Source: an uncultured Thermoplasmata archaeon | GTDB lineage: Archaea; Thermoplasmatota; DTKX01; GCA-020343715 | Direction: 5' to 3' | Length of the DNA stretch: 64,000 nt | Assembly: GCA_965369625.1 (NCBI GenBank) | Contig: CBDUQW010000004.1 | Coordinates: 5,391-69,390 of the forward strand | Shown here: piece by piece, positions 1 to 10,000 of the stretch | Layout: the number at the start of each line of letters is the position of its first letter | Position numbering within the stretch: position 1 is the first letter of the stretch | Notes under the pieces: model-generated | What the model was told of the DNA's origin: nothing | Seen by the model: the letters and a program-made list of their open reading frames with translations, nothing else | Database searches by the model: none | Program-made: the position numbers and the translations under genes

Positions 1-1147
1 CCAATTCCTCGTCCGTCATTGATTCCATGATGACCCGGAACTGCTTGAGGCGTTCCTGGGTGTTCTCGATGTCTCCCTGGCTCATCCGGCCGGTCAGGCC
101 GGCGGGCAGCATGTCGAAGATCTTGGACAGGGGCCCCATCTTGGACATGGCCTCCATCTGGTCGTACATGTCCCTGAGGGTGAAGCGCCCCGACATCATC
201 TTCTTGGCGGTGGCCTCCAGGTCCTGCTCCTGGCCGAGCTCCTCCGCCTTCTCCAGAAGGGCCTGGAGGTCCCCCATGCCCAGCAACCTGGAGATGAAAC
301 GGGCGGGCTCGAAGGTCTCCAGCTCGTCCAGGTGCTCGCCGGTCCCTATGAACATCACGGGGGCCTTGGTCTCCTGCACCGCTGAGAGGGCGCCACCGCC
401 CTTCGCCGTCCCGTCCATCTTCGTGATGACCACGCCGGTGATGCCCACGGCCTTGTGGAAGGCCTTCGCCTGGGGGCCCGCCTGTTGACCCACGGCCGCA
501 TCGATGACGAGGAGTATCTCGTCGGGCTGGGCCACCTTCGCGATCCGTTCCATCTCCCGGATCAGGTCATCCTCGAGGGCGTGACGACCCGCGGTGTCGA
601 TGATGACGACGTCCCGGTCCTTGAACTCCTTGAGGCCCCTCTTGACTATCTTCACCGCGTCCTTCTCCTTCCGGTCCAGGTAGATGGGCGTGTTGATCTG
701 GTCCGCTATCTGGGCCAGTTGGTCCATTGCTGCGGGCCGGTGGACGTCCCCCGCGACGAGGCCCGTCTTGAGGCCCTTCTTGCTGAAGAACAGGGCCATC
801 TTGCCCGCGGTGGTGGTCTTGCCCTGGCCGTACAGGCCCACGAGCATGATGCGCTGCCTCTTGAGCTTGACCGGCTTGGCCGCGCCCAGGATGTTCACCA
901 GCTCGTCGTGGACTATCTTGATGACATGCTCCCTGTTGTTCATCCCCGGAGGGGGCTTCTCGGTGAGGGCCCGATTCTCGATCTCCCGGGTCAGATCGAC
1001 CACGAGCTGGACATTGACATCGGCCTGGATCAGCGCCCGCTGTATGTCGCGGACCACTTCCTTGATCAGGTCCTTGTCGATGTGGGGGGCGTTCGCGATC
1101 TTGCGCAGCGTGTCGCGCAACGAGCTCGAGAGGTTGTCCAACACCAT
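1..1147 (-). CDS. srp54: Signal recognition particle protein SRP54 (Ffh), N-terminal ~380 aa; C-terminus runs off the window start
   Basis: Minus-strand translation from ATG at 1145-1147 gives MVLDNLSSSLRDTLRKIA..., the G-domain motifs GLYGQGKTTTAGK and DTAGRH, and the M-domain LGMGDLQALLEKAEE...MMSGRFTLRDMYDQMEAM. It is absent from the ORF track because it has no in-window stop. Confidence 0.85.
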   Translation of the reverse strand, partial: MVLDNLSSSLRDTLRKIANAPHIDKDLIKEVVRDIQRALIQADVNVQLVVDLTREIENRALTEKPPPGMNNREHVIKIVHDELVNILGAAKPVKLKRQRIMLVGLYGQGKTTTAGKMALFFSKKGLKTGLVAGDVHRPAAMDQLAQIADQINTPIYLDRKEKDAVKIVKRGLKEFKDRDVVIIDTAGRHALEDDLIREMERIAKVAQPDEILLVIDAAVGQQAGPQAKAFHKAVGITGVVITKMDGTAKGGGALSAVQETKAPVMFIGTGEHLDELETFEPARFISRLLGMGDLQALLEKAEELGQEQDLEATAKKMMSGRFTLRDMYDQMEAMSKMGPLSKIFDMLPAGLTGRMSQGDIENTQERLKQFRVIMESMTDEEL

Positions 1148-1446
1148 GGGGCGCACCTTGGCAGGCTCCCCCAAAGCGACAGGGGATAGATAACCCTTAC
1201 CCCTCCAGCGGGCCCGATGGAGAACGGACTGGAGAGGGGGGGGACGGCCCGCGGACAATAATCCCCGGGCCGTGGGGGTGAGGGTTGAATGGGCTAGCTT
1301 CGTCAGAAGGGATGGGATGCACTCTTAACCAAAACCAGCTCTACCCTCACTGTAAGAATTATTCACCCGGGGGGATTTATACTTTTCGTCGTAAATCGAA
1401 AGGTATAAGAAAAAACGTACCACCCCAGGTATACTGGCTCTCCGTC

Positions 1447-3099
1447 TCAGTACCTCTCGGTCTGCAAGGAGAGCAGATCCTCGGTGGACAGCTTCTCGCC
1501 CTTCTTGAAACGGTCCATCATATCCTCGGCGACCTGCTTCTGGGCCTTCTCCTGGCGGTCCTTGCGGACACGACGGTCGCGACGACGTAGACCCGAGATG
1601 AACTTGTCGTAGTCGTGGACCTTCCGGATGAGGTCGATGTGGGCCTTGTGCTCGGCGTCGGCGAGCTGCTTGTTGTTGATGAAACGACCCTGGCAATCGT
1701 CAGCCTTCTTCCGGATGTCGTCCGCCTGCTCGTAGAGCTCGATCATGGTGTCATGGGCGGTCTGGGCCTGACGGGCCAGTTCGGAGACGTGCCGGTGCTG
1801 GGCCTCGGCCTCATCCTTCGCCTGTCGGGCATCCTTGAGGGCCGTCCGGATCTCCCGGTTCTCCTCCATCTTCTTCTCCTGATCGTCGATCTGCTGGTTC
1901 AGCCGCTGGATCTGGGTCATCAGCTCCTTCTCCTTGTCGGCTGAGAGGACCTGGGTCATGGCCTTGAACTCCATGGCCTTCCGCTCGTTGCGCAACCGGT
2001 TGAGGTTGGGACCACCCGTCTCACCCTGCCGCTCCCGCTTGAGCTGGTTGACCACCTCGTTGAACTCGGTGGCCTTCCTGTTCAGATCGTCACGTATCAC
2101 CTTGGACTCCTTGACCTCGGTGTTGAGGCGGTTCCGTAGGTTCCGTTGCTCGTTGGCGGCCTGCACCAGCTCCCGCACCTGGGCATTGTAGGTGTCACGT
2201 TCCCCGGCCAGCTGCTTCGTGATGCCGTTGAGCCTGTCGCGCTTGAACTTGTGCTCCTCGGCCATTCCATTGAGGCGATCCCTCTTGCGCTCAAGGTCGG
2301 GAAGGACGTCCAGCGTGGCCGTCTCGATGTCGCCGTACTCGTCCCGGAGCTCGTCCGCGAAGGTGCGTTCGGGCTCCTTGGGCTCGCTCTCGGGCTTCGC
2401 CTCACCCTCGGGGGCCTTCCCGGCCGCCTCTCCCTTGGGAGCCTTCCCGGCCGCCTTGGCCTTGGGCTTGGCCTTGGGCTTGGCCTCGGGCTTGGCCTCG
2501 GCCGGGGCCGGGGTCTCGGGGGCTGGTCCGGAGGGCTTCTCGACCGCCTCCGCCTTGGGTCCCTTGGCAGGACCATCGGCGGGCTTCGCTGCAGGTTCCG
2601 CCGCTGGTTCCAGGGCGGGCTTCTCGACGGGTTCGGGTAGTGCCTTGGCCTCATCGGCCTCGGGGAGCTCCGGAGGCTCCTCGGTCGCCGGTAGCTTCTT
2701 GGGCACCTTCACCTTCCCGGGTCCCTTCGCCTTCTTCGGCTCCTTGGTCGCCTTGGGTTCCTTGACAGGTTCCTCGGAGGGTGCCTCGGGAGGTTCCTCC
2801 TTGGCCTTTCCGACCGGTTTCTTCGCCTTCTTCGGCTTCTTGGTCGCCTTGGGCTCCTTGACAGGTGCCTCGGAGGGTGCCTCGGGAGGTTCCTCCTTGG
2901 GCTCCTCCGCTGGTTCCTCCTTTGTCTTCACGACTGGCTCCTCCGTCTTCTCGGCCTTCTCGGCCTTCTCGACGGGCTCCGTCTTAGAATCCGCGGCCCC
3001 CTCGGGGACCTTTTTCTTCTCTTCCGCCCCTTGCTCCACTGCGTCCTCTTTCGTTTCGGTTACAGGCGTTTCGACGTCAGTGGGTTTCTCATCTGCCAT
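1447..3099 (-). CDS. Hypothetical protein: N-terminal Lys/Glu/Pro-rich repeats followed by a C-terminal coiled-coil
   Basis: ORF 1447..3189. The likely true start is MADEKPTDV at 3099, because the annotated M at 3189 lies inside the TATA-like 'cttattaatataattt' at 3165-3180. Two ~32-aa repeats read EPPEAPSEAPVKEPKATKKPKK. The C-terminal ~300 aa has heptad-like charged repeats (RDRLNG...QVRELVQAANEQRNLRNRL). A T-rich terminator lies downstream at ~1415-1430. Confidence 0.55.
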   Translation of the reverse strand: MADEKPTDVETPVTETKEDAVEQGAEEKKKVPEGAADSKTEPVEKAEKAEKTEEPVVKTKEEPAEEPKEEPPEAPSEAPVKEPKATKKPKKAKKPVGKAKEEPPEAPSEEPVKEPKATKEPKKAKGPGKVKVPKKLPATEEPPELPEADEAKALPEPVEKPALEPAAEPAAKPADGPAKGPKAEAVEKPSGPAPETPAPAEAKPEAKPKAKPKAKAAGKAPKGEAAGKAPEGEAKPESEPKEPERTFADELRDEYGDIETATLDVLPDLERKRDRLNGMAEEHKFKRDRLNGITKQLAGERDTYNAQVRELVQAANEQRNLRNRLNTEVKESKVIRDDLNRKATEFNEVVNQLKRERQGETGGPNLNRLRNERKAMEFKAMTQVLSADKEKELMTQIQRLNQQIDDQEKKMEENREIRTALKDARQAKDEAEAQHRHVSELARQAQTAHDTMIELYEQADDIRKKADDCQGRFINNKQLADAEHKAHIDLIRKVHDYDKFISGLRRRDRRVRKDRQEKAQKQVAEDMMDRFKKGEKLSTEDLLSLQTERY

Positions 3100-3321
3100 G
3101 AATGGTCCTCTGGGCGGTCGTGAATACTGGCAGCCGGATGGTCCGACTCTTGGCCCAATACACTTCTTATTAATATAATTTGCTGACATCCGACGGGCTT
3201 GTTCTGTGCGATTGGTCGTTTTCAGGGCGATTTTGTACCTTCACCCACCTCCCGTACGAAGTTTTAATACTCGCAATCGTCATCGCACGGTTCCACAGAG
3301 AATGGCTTGGACGGTGAGGTG

Positions 3322-4278
3322 ATGGAAGAGGTCTGGATAGAGAAGTACAGGCCGAAGTCCCTGTCCGATGTTGTGGGACAGAAGGAGATCGTGGAGAGGC
3401 TCCAGGCCTACGTGAAGAGCAAGAGCATGCCTCATCTCCTCTTCTCTGGAAGGCCAGGCACCGGTAAGACCACCTGTGCCATCGCCCTGGTCCGAGAGTT
3501 CTTCGAGGATGACTGGAAGCTCAACTTCCAGGAGCTGAACGCCTCCGATGAGCGTGGCATCGATGTGGTGCGCCACAAGATCAAGGACTTCGCACGGATG
3601 GCACCCATCGGCAGCGACTTCAAGGTCATCTTCCTGGACGAGGCGGATGCGCTGACCTCGGAGGCCCAGGCGGCCCTCAGGCGGACCATGGAGATGTACA
3701 CCCGCACCTGCCGTTTCATCCTCAGCTGCAACTACTCCTCCAAGATCATCGAGCCCATCCAGAGCCGGACCGCCGTGTTCTCCTTCAGGCCCCTCCGACC
3801 CGAGGACGTCAAGAAGTATCTGGGCATGATCGCCAAGGTCGAGGGCCTTAAGATCGAGGAGGACGGGATGGAGGCCCTGGTCTACGTGGCCCAGGGCGAC
3901 CTGCGCAAGGCGACCAACTCCCTCCAGGTGGCTGCCGTCCTGGGGACCAAGATCGACGACGAGGCCATCTACAGGTCCACCCAGACCGTAAGACCCGACG
4001 AGATCAGGGACCTCATCAATACCGCCCTGGAGGGCGACTTCGCCAAGTCGCGGAAGTCCCTGGAGACCATCCTCATCGATTACGCCCTCTCGGGGGAGGA
4101 CCTGATCCGCCAGATACACCGCAACGTGTACGACCTCCCGATAAAGGAACGGGACAAGGTCCGCCTGATCGACAGGATAGGCGAGGTGGAGTTCCGGATG
4201 GTCGAGGGCGGCAACCCGAGGATACAGCTGGAGTCCCTCCTTGCCCACTTCGTCCTGATGGGAGAGGACCTCCTCTGA
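3322..4278 (+). CDS. rfcS: Replication factor C small subunit
   Basis: MEEVWIEKYRPKSLSDVVGQKEIVERLQAY...LLFSGRPGTGKTTCAIAL...FLDEADALT...SRTAVFSFRPL. The ORF track starts it at TTG 3307; ATG at 3322 preferred. TATA-like 'ttttaatac' ~3263-3272 and 'ggtgaggtga' just 5' of the ATG. Confidence 0.9.
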   Translation: MEEVWIEKYRPKSLSDVVGQKEIVERLQAYVKSKSMPHLLFSGRPGTGKTTCAIALVREFFEDDWKLNFQELNASDERGIDVVRHKIKDFARMAPIGSDFKVIFLDEADALTSEAQAALRRTMEMYTRTCRFILSCNYSSKIIEPIQSRTAVFSFRPLRPEDVKKYLGMIAKVEGLKIEEDGMEALVYVAQGDLRKATNSLQVAAVLGTKIDDEAIYRSTQTVRPDEIRDLINTALEGDFAKSRKSLETILIDYALSGEDLIRQIHRNVYDLPIKERDKVRLIDRIGEVEFRMVEGGNPRIQLESLLAHFVLMGEDLL

Positions 4279-4345
4279 GCCTGGTTCCCATTCCCGGTAC
4301 CCGCCGGGGAAGGATTAAGTACGGCGTCCCGAGATAGAAGTCCCC

Positions 4346-5173
4346 ATGGGAGACCAGGAGCCCGAGAGGAAGGGGTTCGTCGACGGCAGGCTGGTCGTCG
4401 TCCTGATAGTGCTCGTCATCCTGCTCGGGATCGCCCTCATCATCGTGCCGATGGTGGTGTACCCCGATGTGATAGTCCACGAGGACAGGGCGACGCCCAC
4501 CAACGGTTACATCACCAACGACTGGGTCGAGCTGGAACCCGGGACCTACGAGGTCTGGACGACCACATCGTTCTTCGGGTTCTTCGGTCTGGACCAACCC
4601 ATCGTCTACGTAAACGACACTGCAGGTTCCCCCATCGATGTTGACGATATCTTCAGCGGCGATGACCGACGGATCGATGGCAGGTCCTGCCAGCACTTCG
4701 CCACCTTCGAGATCAAGGAGAGGGGCGACTACAACGTGACCATCATCGCGGGTCTGCTGGCAATGGATCTCACTGGCACCACCGACATCTACGTATTGGA
4801 GGAGCGTCCCGCGGCCTACGGCGCGATGCAATGGTCGGGGCTCCTTCTCATCCTGGCCGGCGTCGTGATCATGGTGGCAGTGGCCTTCATCCGATGGTCC
4901 AAGGGCGCAGACGAGCGGGAGAGGCAACGACGCGAGAGGGCCGCCCAGATGCCTCCGCCCTACCCGCCCCAGGGGTATCCTCCCTATCCCCCCCAGGGCC
5001 GACCCCCACCGCAGTACCAGCAGTACCCTCCACCCCAGTATCCACCACCTCAACCGCCCCCGCCGCAACCGGGATACCAGCCCTATCCACCACCACCCTC
5101 ACCTCCACCTCCACCTCCGCCGGGAGCTCGGCCTCCGCCTCCCCGGCCTCCCATGGCACCGCCGCCGTACTGA
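4346..5173 (+). CDS. Hypothetical membrane protein with a Pro-rich C-terminal tail
   Basis: N-terminal TM (LVVVLIVLVILLGIALIIVPMVV), ~150-aa extracytoplasmic domain, second TM (LLLILAGVVIMVAVAFI), then PPYPPQGYPPYPPQGRPPPQYQQYPPPQYPPPQPPPP repeats. Confidence 0.5.
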   Translation: MGDQEPERKGFVDGRLVVVLIVLVILLGIALIIVPMVVYPDVIVHEDRATPTNGYITNDWVELEPGTYEVWTTTSFFGFFGLDQPIVYVNDTAGSPIDVDDIFSGDDRRIDGRSCQHFATFEIKERGDYNVTIIAGLLAMDLTGTTDIYVLEERPAAYGAMQWSGLLLILAGVVIMVAVAFIRWSKGADERERQRRERAAQMPPPYPPQGYPPYPPQGRPPPQYQQYPPPQYPPPQPPPPQPGYQPYPPPPSPPPPPPPGARPPPPRPPMAPPPY

Positions 5174-5221
5174 GGCCGCACGGCCGAAACCCCCAAAAGG
5201 GCCGGGGTCAATCCATGGGAG

Positions 5222-6139
5222 ATGAGCCGAGCCGAGGGGGAGCGCCGGGGAAGCGTCTTCCGGATGGTGTACGACGTGCTCATGGTCACGTCGGCCCAGT
5301 TCTGGATAGTGGCCGCGGCACCGTTCTACATCGGATGGTTCCTGTCCACCCGCACGATCTGGCCCGACTGGCAGGTCATCCTGGGCCTGATCATCGTGGG
5401 ACCGATGATCGCCGGCTCCACACTGGCCTACAACGCCTACGCCGACACCAGGGTCGACCTCTTCAATCCCAGGAAGGCCCATCTTGCCTATGTCACCGGC
5501 TGGATCAGCCCGGAGGTGGTGCTCAACCTGGCCAGGGGACTGGCCATAATGGGCATCTTCCTGTCGCTGTTCCTGGGATGGGAGTTCACGGTCCTCATCG
5601 CCCTTTCTGCGCTACTCTCGTTCCTCTACTCCAATCCGTGGACCAAGCTCAAGAGCGTCGCCGGGGGCGACGTGCTGGTCAACATGATCGGCCTGGGCAT
5701 CCTCATTCCCCTGGCAGGATGGGCCGCCTCGGGGGTCAGCATCTCGGAGTTCCCCCACTGGTACCTGCTGCCGATCCTCTTCGCCCTGGGCTCCCTCTAC
5801 TGCCCCACCTTGGTACCCGACTACGAGGCGGACCGCAAGGCGGGATACAAGACGCTGGCCGTGACCCTGGGCCGGAGGCCTGTCGTCTGGCTCGGCCTCG
5901 GGTTGCTGGTGGCCTCCGTCGTCACCAACCTTGCCAGCGGCGCGATGGAGTACGTGCTCTCCCCCGGGCTCGTGATGCGGGTCTGGCCGATATACGCGGC
6001 CCAGGTCGTGATGTACGGCCTCTACAGCAGGGAGGTGTCCTACCGCGGGATGCTGGCCACAATAGGTACCCAGTGCATAGGACACGGGGTGGGCGTCGGT
6101 TTCATGATGTATGCCCTGGCGGGCATCTGGTCGGTGTGA
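5222..6139 (+). CDS. UbiA-family prenyltransferase (integral membrane)
   Basis: Multi-TM protein with the UbiA Asp-rich motifs NAYADTRVD and DYEADRKAGYKTLAV. Start could be the downstream M at 5264. Confidence 0.7.
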   Translation: MSRAEGERRGSVFRMVYDVLMVTSAQFWIVAAAPFYIGWFLSTRTIWPDWQVILGLIIVGPMIAGSTLAYNAYADTRVDLFNPRKAHLAYVTGWISPEVVLNLARGLAIMGIFLSLFLGWEFTVLIALSALLSFLYSNPWTKLKSVAGGDVLVNMIGLGILIPLAGWAASGVSISEFPHWYLLPILFALGSLYCPTLVPDYEADRKAGYKTLAVTLGRRPVVWLGLGLLVASVVTNLASGAMEYVLSPGLVMRVWPIYAAQVVMYGLYSREVSYRGMLATIGTQCIGHGVGVGFMMYALAGIWSV

Positions 6140-6142
6140 CGG

Positions 6143-6430
6143 CTACTTCCTCGGGGGCTTGGTCCGCCTGTACAGGAGCGCGGTGTGACCTCGCCGTTCC
6201 ACAACCTCGGCCCCCAGCGCCTCGGCCAGGATCTCCGCCATGTCCCCCTCGGCGTCCCTCTCGCCCCCGGCGGCACCCCGCTGGAGCCGGACCTTGACCA
6301 GGTGGTTGCGCTTCAGCTGGGCGTCCAGCTCGGCCAGCACCCCCTCGCTGATGCCTCCCTTCCCCAAATGCACGGTGGCGTCTATCCGCTGACCCTCGGC
6401 GCGGAGCTTCTGTCTCAGGTCCTTGTCCAT
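6143..6430 (-). CDS. CRM-domain / YhbY-family RNA-binding protein
   Basis: 95 aa; KGGISEGVLAELDAQLKRNHLVKVRL matches the YhbY/CRS1 signature. Located 5 nt downstream of Rpp21 (operon). Confidence 0.7.
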   Translation of the reverse strand: MDKDLRQKLRAEGQRIDATVHLGKGGISEGVLAELDAQLKRNHLVKVRLQRGAAGGERDAEGDMAEILAEALGAEVVERRGHTALLYRRTKPPRK

Positions 6431-6435
6431 CTACA

Positions 6436-6762
6436 TCATCCTCCATCCTCCACCGGGGAAGGCGCCTCGGGCACTGGCCTGGGTGCCAGGGGGATCCTGC
6501 TCACGTGGCCGCACCGCAGGCACGTCGTGACGACCCGGCCGCGATTGAGACGGGTCCTCGATGTGGTGCCCGGCAACAGGTACCCGTAGCATCCCCTGCA
6601 GAACCGACGGCGGTACGTGGTCGGGACCCTCACGTTGTATCGCATCCCGACCCGTCGGGCCATGTCGACGTATCGGTCCGCCATCTCCATCCGCCCCGCG
6701 ATCGCCGCCCGGTCCGCCTCCTGCATCAGGAGGTCTATCCGTTCCCAGGTGATCTGGACCAT
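6436..6762 (-). CDS. rnp4: RNase P protein component 4 (Rpp21/RNP4), zinc-ribbon
   Basis: MVQITWERIDLLMQEADRAAIAGR...RRRFCRGCYGYLLPGTTSRTRLNRGRVVTTCLRCGH is the Rpp21 Zn ribbon. The upstream part of ORF 6436..7314 is rejected as a G/R/P-rich extension. Confidence 0.7.
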   Translation of the reverse strand: MVQITWERIDLLMQEADRAAIAGRMEMADRYVDMARRVGMRYNVRVPTTYRRRFCRGCYGYLLPGTTSRTRLNRGRVVTTCLRCGHVSRIPLAPRPVPEAPSPVEDGG

Positions 6763-6970
6763 CTCCTTGGTCCGTCTGCCACGGCCCCTTCGCGCCACGA
6801 CCGCCGGTAGGCCACGGTCCCTAGATAACGCTTGCGGGGCCCATGCCTCGCGACATCTGTCAATATCTGCTCGCCCCGGGGGGAGGTCCAGGGGCGTTCC
6901 AGTGTGGGGCCAGACCCATCCACGAGGGGCCCCAGCGCATGGATGGGTCCCGGTGCCGCAAGGGGAAACG

Positions 6971-6982
6971 CCTATATATGGA
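6971..6982 (+). promoter_or_regulatory. BRE/TATA-like promoter element for the large S8 protease
   Basis: 'aaacgcctatatatgg' ~25-33 bp upstream of ATG 7006. Confidence 0.4.
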
Positions 6983-7005
6983 CTCCAGGGTACCAACGGG
7001 TGCCC

Positions 7006-10000
7006 ATGGCAAATAGAGGCCTCGCCGTTCTGGTCATCGTCGTACTGGCCTTGTCGATGCTGCCGCCAGTGACGGCACTGGCTCCCGTCGATGGGACCGA
7101 CGGGTCCGCGCCGGCGGAGGGTCCTGACCGCTGGTGGCTCACGTGGCCCAGCGACATGGACCGGGACGGCATCCACGACTGGCTGGAGGACCTGGCGCGG
7201 GACGCGCTCGCGAACGACCCCGACTCCCGGCTGGACATCGTGGTCGACCTCGAACGGGTGCCCAGCTCCATCGACGTGGCCCGCCTCGAGGGCCTGGGAA
7301 TGGAGGTCCAGCACGTCTCGGTCTACGTGGACGCGGTCCTCGGCTCCGTCCCGGTGGGCAACCTCGACGCCATACGTGCCCTGCCCGGCGTCGTCATGCT
7401 GGAGGCCCAGGGACGCGGCGTGTTCTTCCTATCGTCGGCGGTCCCATCCGTCGGCATCGACTACGTCCATGAGGACCTTGGCTTCGATGGCACGGGCGTC
7501 ACCGTGGCCGTGCTGGACACCGGCATCAACGCGAACCATGTCGCGCTGGACGACCTGGACGACTCGAGCCTCACCGACGACCCCAAGCTGGTGGCATTCT
7601 TCGACGCCTACGCCAACACCACCGCCGTCCCCTACGACTCTGGCGAGCACGGCACCTGGGTGGCGGGTATCGCCACCGGGACCAGTGGTGGCAACAGCCC
7701 CCACGTGGGAGGGGCTCCCGGCGCGAAGCTGGTGGGGGCCCGTATCGGCAGCCCGGGCGGGTTCCCCGAGTACACCGCCATGCGCGGCCTCGAGTGGGCC
7801 ATCGCCAACAAGGATACCTACAACATCTCCGTCATGGTCTGTTCCTGGGGCATCGTCCTGGGCGGTCCCAACGACCACAACGGCAACAGCGCCATCTCCA
7901 GGGCGGCGGACAGGGCCGTCGAGGCGGGCATCAGCGTTGTGGTCGCCGCGGGCAACTCGGCGCTGTCGGCCACCGTCACCTCCCCGGGTGACGCCCACGA
8001 CGTGGTCACCGTGGGAAGCGTGAACGACAACCACCGGATCTCCTCCTTCAGCTCCGAGGGTCCCACCACCGACGGCAGGACCAAGCCCGACGTGTGCGCC
8101 CCTGGAGAGGACATCACCGGGGCTTGGTCCAAGTCGAACACGGGGTACTACGAAGGCGACGGGACCTCCGCCGCGGCACCCCTGGTGGGCGGGTTGATCG
8201 CCCTGATGCTGGAGGCCAACCCGGACCTGACACCTGCCCAGGTCAAGCAGATACTCCACGAGGCCTCCGAGCACAACACCGAGTTCAACGCGAAGTACTT
8301 CCGGACCCCCAATAACGGCTACGGATGGGGCGTGGTCCATGCCCCAGGAGCCGTGAGCCGGGCCCGGGACCTCCGAGCCCCCTCCATCGACATCCCCGTC
8401 AGCATCGACTCCGGCGAGGAGCTGGACCTGACCATCGAGGGGTCCTACGTCAGGACGCAGTACACCGACCGGGGGGAGAACGGCCAGAGCCGTTTTGGCG
8501 ACGACGAGGTCATCATAGAGATCACCGTCCCGGACGAATGGGACCGCCCCAGCAGGACCACCTCGACGATGGAGGGGGACATCATCGCAACTGGGACGCC
8601 GGCGGTCACGTCGGAGGACGGGCACTACCTGATAAGGGTCACCTACAGGGTGATAGACAATGTCGACTCCATCACCGTGGGGACGCCCACCATCACCTTC
8701 ACGACCGTGGCCCCCGTCACGTCCTCGGCGGAGACCTACACCTTCACCACAAGGGAGACCCTCAACAACATGGCGGGACCGGAGGGACGCACCCGGGTCT
8801 CCGTGGGTGGCAACGTGCCCCCCGAGATCCAGCTGACGAACCCGGACGGGGGTTCGGACACCGCCGACGCCTTCTACGTCATCCGGTGGACCGACGACGA
8901 CCCCGACGACAACGCCCGCATCACACTCTACAACGACCCGGACACCGACCCGGCCAACGGAAGGGTCCTGATAGTCTCCAACCTGGCGGAGGACCCGGAG
9001 GGCGAGGGTGACGCGTACGTCTGGGACACCTCCACCCTCGTCGAGGGGAGGTCGTTCTATATCCAGGCCGTCATCGACGACGGGGCCAACGAGCCCTTCT
9101 CCACCTACAGCGCGAGCGCGGTGACGATACGGCACACCGGGGGCAACTCGCCCCCCTCCATCGAGGTGCTCCAGCCCGACGGCGATGCCGACGTGGCCGA
9201 CCTGACCTTCACCATCGAGTACCTGGCCTATGACCCCGACGACGTGGCCTCGGTCTCCCTCTACTGGGACGCCAACGATTTCGGCTACGACGGCACGACC
9301 ATCGTCCGGGACCTGGACGAATCGGACGGGCTCGGGACCTACATCTGGGACACCTCGACCATGGAGGAGATGGAGAGCGTCTACGTCTACGCCGTGGCCA
9401 GCGACGGGCAGAACCCCCAGGCCAGGGCCTACGGTAGCGGTCCGCTGACCATCGGACACGACAGCGGTCCGAGGGTGGAGTACTGGTCCCCCACGGACCA
9501 GGACGTCCCATTGGACGAGCCCGTGGTGGTGACCTTCGACAGGGACATGGACCACGAGGCGACGGAGGCGGCCACCTCCATCGTCCCCTCCGTGCCGGGC
9601 ACCTTCTCCTGGACGGCGCAAACGATGTTCTTCACGCCCGCTGGGGGCTGGACAGCGGAGACCGACCACACGGTCACCGTATCGACCGGGGCCCTTGACG
9701 CAGAAGGCGAGGCCCTCGTCGAGGTCCACCAATGGTCCTTCAGGACCACCATCAGCTCCACGCCCACCGACCCACCGACGGTGGCCATCACCACGCCCGT
9801 GCAGGACGCGACCGTCTCGAGCTTCGTGATGATAGAGGGGACGGGCCGGGACATCGACGACAACGGCAAGGTCGAGGTGCGGATCGACGGCGGCGACTGG
9901 ATGAAGGCCACCGGGACCACGAACTGGTACCTGACGTGGGATTCCGAGCAGACCACCGACGGTCGTCACACCATATCGGTCAGGGGCACCGACGGAAGGG

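Noticed and set aside
27-1193. Plus-strand ORFs 27..488, 455..1189 and 684..1193
   Set aside because: They overlap the clear minus-strand SRP54 gene. The translations are low-complexity.
1190-1446. tRNA or SRP RNA gene in the SRP54 upstream region
   Set aside because: No convincing T-loop (GGTTCGAATCC-like) or cloverleaf could be traced by eye. It is kept only as a hairpin observation.
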